Source: Eledone cirrhosa
Lineage: Eukaryota
Assembly (NCBI GenBank): GCA_964016885.1
Contig: OZ024746.1
Coordinates: 13,826,001 to 13,890,000 of the forward strand
Direction: 5' to 3'
Length of the DNA: 64,000 nucleotides
The notes below the pieces were generated by a model. It had not been told where the DNA came from. It was given only the letters and a program-made list of their open reading frames with translations, and searched no databases. Position 1 is the stretch's first letter. Every line of letters begins with the position of its first letter. This document shows, piece by piece, positions 56,352-64,000 of this stretch. The position numbers and the translations under genes were made by a program.

Positions 56352-57664
56352 ATAACATATACATGTACAAGATAGCCAAGATGATTGTAATGTATGATTT
56401 TAAGAAAGTAAATATCAAACTCTTTAGGATATCCAGTTACAATCTAGTTTCTCTACATTGCCTATAGAAACAATGTTATGGGCGAAATCGTCCCCACCTC
56501 CTTGTTTTCTACATTAGTTTATTAGATTATATGAAGTCTAACGAAGTGTTTGTCAATTATTAAATGTCTTATTCATTCGTTATTGCAACAATTTTCAATT
56601 AGATGGATTAAGCCAAAGAGACAATATATTTTCCCTCTGGATACCACTTCTTAGATTCTTCCGTAGACTGCATTCATCGATTTTTACTCGTTGCGTTACT
56701 CTTTTAACGAATACTGCTATTGCTAAATTACTCACGTGCAATCTTCACACATAACACACATAATAAAGACAAGGAAAAAGTAAACAGAAAAACAAAACAA
56801 AAAAAAACAAAACTCATCTTGTTTGTAATTTTAATTATGGAAAAGAGATTACATTGTTTAACTTGTATCTTTTACAGTATAGTTGTAAATATGATAAAGA
56901 AAATATGGATGTTATGCTGTGTATATATTTACATGACTAAATTGTGAATACTTTACATTCCGTAGGCAAGGGAAATATGTTGTATATTTACGAATTGTAA
57001 TTCTCTACTCATTCGAAATATACGGTTTATTTTTAGCCGAGTTAAAAACATGACATAAAATCGATTTGTTTTATTTTATCTTATTTTGCAGTTTACCAAG
57101 GATTAAATGGAACAACGTGTGAATGATTTCTTTTCTTTGAATTTAAGATGTATTAGATTACATGGAAAATATTTTTACAGAAAACTATGTACAAGTTTAA
57201 AATGGAAATAGAATGTTTCAAAAGAAATAAAAATGCAATAATAGTTTGCAAATATAATATATCTCAATCGGATTATGAGAAATGTAAATGACATTACATA
57301 ATATCAATAAAGTATGAGAGGCTATACAATTGTTTATTTGATAAAACTTTTTTTTTATGTAGGGGAAAGGCTAAAGGGGGATTAGAGTAGTATGAACTTG
57401 ACTTGTTCAAGTGGCATTTATTTCAGGATGTAACGAATTAAATAGCTATACTCTGGTATGTATGAAAAACATACGTACATATTCATTCACATGCACATAA
57501 ATACACACAGACACATACATACACACACATACACATATATATATATATATATGTGAGCATATATGTGTATATGTATATACATATATGTGTGAATGTATAT
57601 AAATATATGTGTGTAGACATATATACGTACACTCACACAACATGGAGTATTTTAACCCTACACA

Positions 57665-57787
57665 TGTATGTATGTATGTATGTATGTATGTATGTATGTA
57701 TGTATGTATGTATGTATGTATGTATGTATGTATGTATGTATGCGGGAGAGATGACCCCGGGAGAGATGACCCCGGGAGAGATGACCC
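57665..57787. repeat. (ATGT)n followed by 3 copies of the 15-bp unit CGGGAGAGATGACCC
   Basis: Directly visible. Confidence 0.92.
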
Positions 57788-60434
57788 CTTAGCCTTTGTC
57801 AAGGCAGAATTCTAGGAGAAGGAAAACTCTGATATAACACCTGCAACCCTGATGGTATCCAATGATGTTGACTTGTTCTTCTTTTTGGTAAATATCATCT
57901 TGGTTAAGAGAGTGGGACTGGCTTTGTGCAGTGCCTTTGCTCACTATAAAAGCTTCACGGCACAGGCATTGCTTTATATCTGGAGATCTCTCTGCACTTG
58001 TCGTCACATGGTACCATGGGCCCAGCACTATGTGTCAATAATTGTCACAAGTGTAGTGTTTGTACCAGAGTTTTCAAGTCGCTGGCTGGACTAAAAAGTC
58101 ACACTTGTTCAGCGCATCTGTAGGGGTTCTCCTACATGGATATAAAGTAGTGGCCGTACTCGAAAACGAGTTGGCAGCCACCATGCATATATAATATAAA
58201 TATATATATATATGTATTCTGTACAATATTATTATTTCCAATTTTACATATATATATACATATGTACACATTATCGTTGGGCTGTTGTCTCGCATGCTTG
58301 ACGGGTTTTGATTTTTATCCCACAGGATGTTTGAAAATCCTCTTCATGCCCGAGCAAACTTGGTGGAGTTGCTGATTTAGCTGTCGACGAAGCGACTATG
58401 CAACAGGTTGAACTGGGTTACATGTTACCAGCAGCGCTTGAGAGCACCAATAAATAGCTGCTGGCAATCTATCTAGGAAACGGAAAACTCTGAATATAAA
58501 TACTGAGGTCTACTGTTCATCAGATCCATGTTATACGTTGCACCAGCTGTTGCTATCAGTAGTACCAACAAGTGTGAATGGTCCCATAAAGCCATTACTA
58601 TTTTAAATTAGTCATTGCGTGGGTAGTCTAAAAAATTAACTCACTCCATTTTTTACCAACATTATCATGAAAGCCTCTTTTATGCTGACTGGTGGTGGGG
58701 CAACAGCGACAGGTAGAGGAAACTACTGCAAGTCCTTGATTGGTACTCAGCACTGAGGGTGGCCCAGAAGATGATGGCTGTTTAGCACAAAATATATGGG
58801 CAATTGTAATAACTAAAGCAGTCTATGGATAATTGTGAACAAACATAAGATTCAGTCTTGCTGTCGACATAAACCCAGTAATTGAACTCAGCAATAGTCG
58901 AAACTAATCGAACTATTCTTTTATTCTTCCCACAGAAAAAAACCTTGTGGTTTAACCACAGGCTGTGTTTACACAGAAAGGATGGATGTATACTGATAAA
59001 AATACGTTTGTAAACATATTCCTAACTTGTCTACCCTGTCATTTTGTCTTTATACATATGCATGCAAGTGGACAGATCCACTCAATATTTCAATATAAGC
59101 CTTCAATTCAAGAATATATATTGGTATATCCATGTGTTCCCTGTATAATAGTTTTCATCCGGTTTGTTGCTAAGTGGTTTTATTAAGACATTACAGAGGT
59201 AGGGTGTAGAAATGGAGATGGTTGTTAGTTTATATCACGCCCTAGTATTTCGCAGTAATGTATACGTCAATATTATAATGTTATTAACAATGTGGTCTTT
59301 TACTATGCTGATAGAGTTAATTATATCCACAACTTGCCGGAAATATAAATTGCTGATATAATAGATTTATAGAAAGTCTTAAATAAATATGCCGAAAATT
59401 GAATAAGATAAACGGACTTCCGTTGGTTTCGACAATGAGTGTTCTAGTTGTTCTATCGACCTACTCGTTAAATTAACGTGTAAGTGGCTGAGTATTCCAT
59501 AGAGTCGTGTACCCTTAACGTAATCTTCATGGAGAGTCAATGTGACAGTGTGTAACATGGTTGGTTCTTTAAATTACAGATAAATCCATCTGACAGGCTT
59601 TCCGAATGTCCAATTTTACTCTCAAAGCTTGGGTCGATTCGAGGGTATGGTAAAAGATAATTGGTCAAGACACCACACACAGAAACTGAACCCATAACCT
59701 AATAATTGTGATGCAAAGTTTACCATGCTGAGTCCATATTAATCGAATGATACACTCAAAGTACACGGAATTAATTTCTCCTTGATTAGTTACACAAGAT
59801 AAACAACAAAACAATGATGTTTAATATCAGAGAAAGCAAATAAAAAGAAACGATATCAACAAAGAATTAAAATTACCACCACTTTTTTGTCCCATTATTT
59901 CTCCCCTATATGTTTACTTACGGAGCAACATAACTTAACTCTTCTTCACTCTCAGACGAAGGAAGACCCGAAAAGTTAGTCTCGTCACTCTATATATCAA
60001 ATGATTTTATCGAACTCACTTATGAACTCTTCTATTGACTAATTGTTTTTAACACTAATCTTCATTGTTTTTTTTCTGATTCTAAAGTTTACCCAAAGAA
60101 GTAGATTATATGGAAATCTACAACGTCTATTATATTCTTGATATTTGGTAATTCCAAACTATTGCAGGCTTAGAATGCAATTTCACAGACGTTCAGACGC
60201 CAAACAAGATCTGTTAAGTAGAGTTTTGTAACATTTGTATAACCTTTTCTCCCCTTTAGCACCAATATCATCAATGTAGGTTGTCACTTCTCTATGAAGC
60301 CAACGTATCTCTATTAAGAACCATGATAAAGTAGATGACATATTGATCTATAATATACTCTCTATGAGGCCTCCAGTTCTCCCCTATTAACACTGGTTAC
60401 ACTCATCACATCATATATATATATAATTTATATA

Positions 60435-60837
<403 letters not shown>

Positions 60838-60898
60838 ATATGTATATATATATATAAACACAGGAAGTATGTTTGGAACGCTGCGAACGAATTAATCT

Positions 60899-61066
60899 AT
60901 AATTGTTTCTACTTTAGGCACAAGGCCAGCAATTACCCAGTGCATTACTGGTACTTTATTTTATCGACCCCGTAAGGATGAAAGGCAAAGTCAACCTCGG
61001 CGGGATTTGAACTCAGATCGTAAAGGGACATAACTATGCTGGAAAGCATGGCGTCCAGCCCTCTAC
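60899..61066 (-). mobile_element. tRNA-derived SINE
   Basis: Near-identical to 13363-13550. Confidence 0.9.
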
Positions 61067-61347
61067 CTTTACTATTTCTCGAGTTTCTCCGCGATTAACA
61101 TATGTATATATATATATATATATATTTCGTTTCTGAATTTGTTTAGCAAGATTCTTTATCTGAAATCGTGTGTTGAAACCGATATTGTTATACTTTGGGA
61201 GGGTCATGTTGCCAATAAGAAACACACGCACCAGTTGCTTTCACTTCAATTTATTATATATTTATAAATTTATAAATTTACAAATCTACAAATTTATAAA
61301 TTTCTGGTTGGTTGGTTGGTTCCACAACCAGATAGTTGTTTATATAT

Positions 61348-61392
61348 AGTCATAGTCCTTTCGTCACACACTCTGTGACCTCTTCAGTGACT
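61348..61392 (-). ncRNA. Minimal type-I hammerhead ribozyme (sense to the GIY-YIG fragment)
   Basis: AGUCA-CUGAAGA-G-GUCAC-AGAGUGU-GUGAC-GAAA-GGAC-UA-UGACU. Confidence 0.85.
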
Positions 61393-61596
61393 GGGGATTC
61401 CTTTCTTTGTTTCTGTGCCTTTCCTTTCTTCTGTCCTACGCCATTTTGTTTCTGTGTGTGTGTTGTGTGCTCAACTTGCGCATGCGCCACATCCGGGTGT
61501 CTGTGTGTGTTTGTGTTCATTTATCTATTTGTTTATTTATTTACATGTTATTGGTTGGTTGTTTGTTCTATGTGTGTGTGTGTTTTCATTTTGTCC

Positions 61597-61716
61597 TTAA
61601 TTGTAAGTTGTGATGTTGCTGTTCCACTCATATTTTCTATTTAATTTTGGTTGTAATTCTTTTATGTTTATTGCCTCTGTAATTTGTCTAAACATTGCAT
61701 CTTTTCTGTGTGTAGA
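61597..61716 (-). pseudogene. GIY-YIG endonuclease C-terminal fragment (PLE type)
   Basis: DSTHRKDAMFRQITEAINIKELQPKLNRKYEW..stop fits the R.I.EA..I....P.LN motif with the catalytic Glu and terminal Asn. Confidence 0.75.
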
Positions 61717-61942
61717 ATCTACACACAGAAAAGATACAATGTTTAGACAAATCCCACACACACATAGAACAAACAACCAACCAATAACATGTAAATAAAT
61801 AAACAAATAGATAAATGAACACAAACACACACAGACACCCGGATGTGGCGCATGCGCAAACTGAGCACACAACACACACACAGAAACAAAATGGCGTAGG
61901 ACAGAAAAAAGGAAAGGCACAGAAACAAAGAAAGGAATCCCC

Positions 61943-61987
61943 AGTCACTGAAGAGGTCACAGAGTGTGTGACGAAAGGACTATGACT
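61943..61987 (+). ncRNA. Minimal type-I hammerhead ribozyme (mirror copy)
   Basis: AGTCA CTGAAGA GGTCAC AGAGTGT GTGAC GAAA GGAC TA TGACT. Confidence 0.85.
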
Positions 61988-62144
61988 ATATATAAACAAC
62001 TATCTGGTTGTGGAACCAACCAACCAACCAGAAATTTATAAATTTCTAGATTTGTAAATTTATAAATTTATAAATATATAATAAATTGAAGTGAAAGCAA
62101 CTGGTGCGTGTGTTTCTTATTGGCAACATGACCCTCCCAAAGTA

Positions 62145-63220
<1,076 letters not shown>

Positions 63221-63257
63221 AAATATAAGAATCAAAGAACTGTTCAAAACATTATTG

Positions 63258-63304
63258 TGCTTACAGCTGTTTCCTCCAAACCGAGGTTTGGATTCTTCGG
63301 AGCA
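63258..63304 (-). ncRNA. Hammerhead motif with one core substitution, in a ~200-bp island between (TA)n tracts
   Basis: UGCU-CcGAAGA-A-UCCAAACC-UC-GGUUUGGA-G-GAAA-CAGCUG-UA-AGCA. Confidence 0.72.
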
Positions 63305-63419
63305 ATTTATTAATGCATGGACAGTTATATGACCTCCTTTTCAGCCGAGAGACATACCAATACATATTCAAACATTGATACATATTCAAACATTGTGGGT
63401 CAACATTCATTACAAAACG

Positions 63420-63450
<31 letters not shown>

Positions 63451-63451
<1 letters not shown>

Positions 63452-63722
63452 GTTAAAAGAATAGAGGTGTAACACACAAGTTATTATATATTGGTAAACG
63501 GAATAGAAAATGCTGACAAATTGTTCACAGTTGAAAAATGGTTTAATTAGGAATAAAAGAGTATTAGTGATTGTATGGGTTAGTATTCAGTTGTGGTTTT
63601 AAGTTTTTAAAAACTTAAAACCACAACTGAATACTAACCCATACAATCACTAATACTCTTTTATTCCTAATTAAACCATTTTTCAACTGTGAACAATTTG
63701 TCAGCATTTTCTATTCCGTTTA

Positions 63723-63732
<10 letters not shown>
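63451..63732. mobile_element. Perfect loop-less palindrome (124-bp arms) between (TA)n tracts
   Basis: 63485-63608 and 63609-63732 centred on TTTTT|AAAAA; unpaired extension 63451-63484; no HHR seen. Confidence 0.88.
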
Positions 63733-63771
<39 letters not shown>

Positions 63772-63945
63772 CTTTCTAATATTGTCTTTTAATGCTCTGC
63801 TACACGAACTACCCTTAGCAACAGATATTTTAACTGTCGATAATGTACTCTTGATGAACTAAGGACTGTAATGTACATAGAGCTTCTCTCATCTTACCAA
63901 AGAAAATAGTGCCGTGCTACATTATAATCACACACACGCACACAC

Positions 63946-63979
<34 letters not shown>

Positions 63980-64000
63980 CTTTACACACTCCTCACTGTG

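Noticed and set aside
57790-58520. Twice-occurring TAGGA..GGAAAACTCTGA motif, possibly an old retroelement UTR
   Set aside because: Too short and diverged to assign a family or boundaries.
59945-59985. HHR-like CAGACGA..CGAAA
   Set aside because: No stem I or stem III pairing and a mutated core.

Overview
AT-rich, repeat-dominated eukaryotic DNA. It is probably cephalopod (octopus-like), inferred only from the tRNA-derived Meta-domain SINEs, the TTAA-CCCTTTAGCATTT MITE and the very high microsatellite load. No host protein-coding gene can be supported, and almost all listed ORFs are microsatellite artefacts. Main contents: (1) a ~17.9-kb array of a 38-bp satellite (15012-32865) with internal 4215-bp and 2090-bp block duplications; (2) about 12 SINE copies, several MITEs, one young 5'-truncated CR1-group LINE and two decayed LINE fragments; (3) about a dozen short fold-back (palindromic) elements from several sequence families, mostly embedded in (TA)n tracts. 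Many of the fold-back elements carry minimal type-I hammerhead ribozyme (HHR) motifs, and one retains a GIY-YIG C-terminus, which ties them to Penelope-like retroelements (PLEs). In five copies from three families the fold-back apex lies in or directly next to the HHR CUGANGA core. Three other copies have a branched, hairpin-inside-hairpin shape. All folds and alignments were read by eye and nothing was computed or searched.
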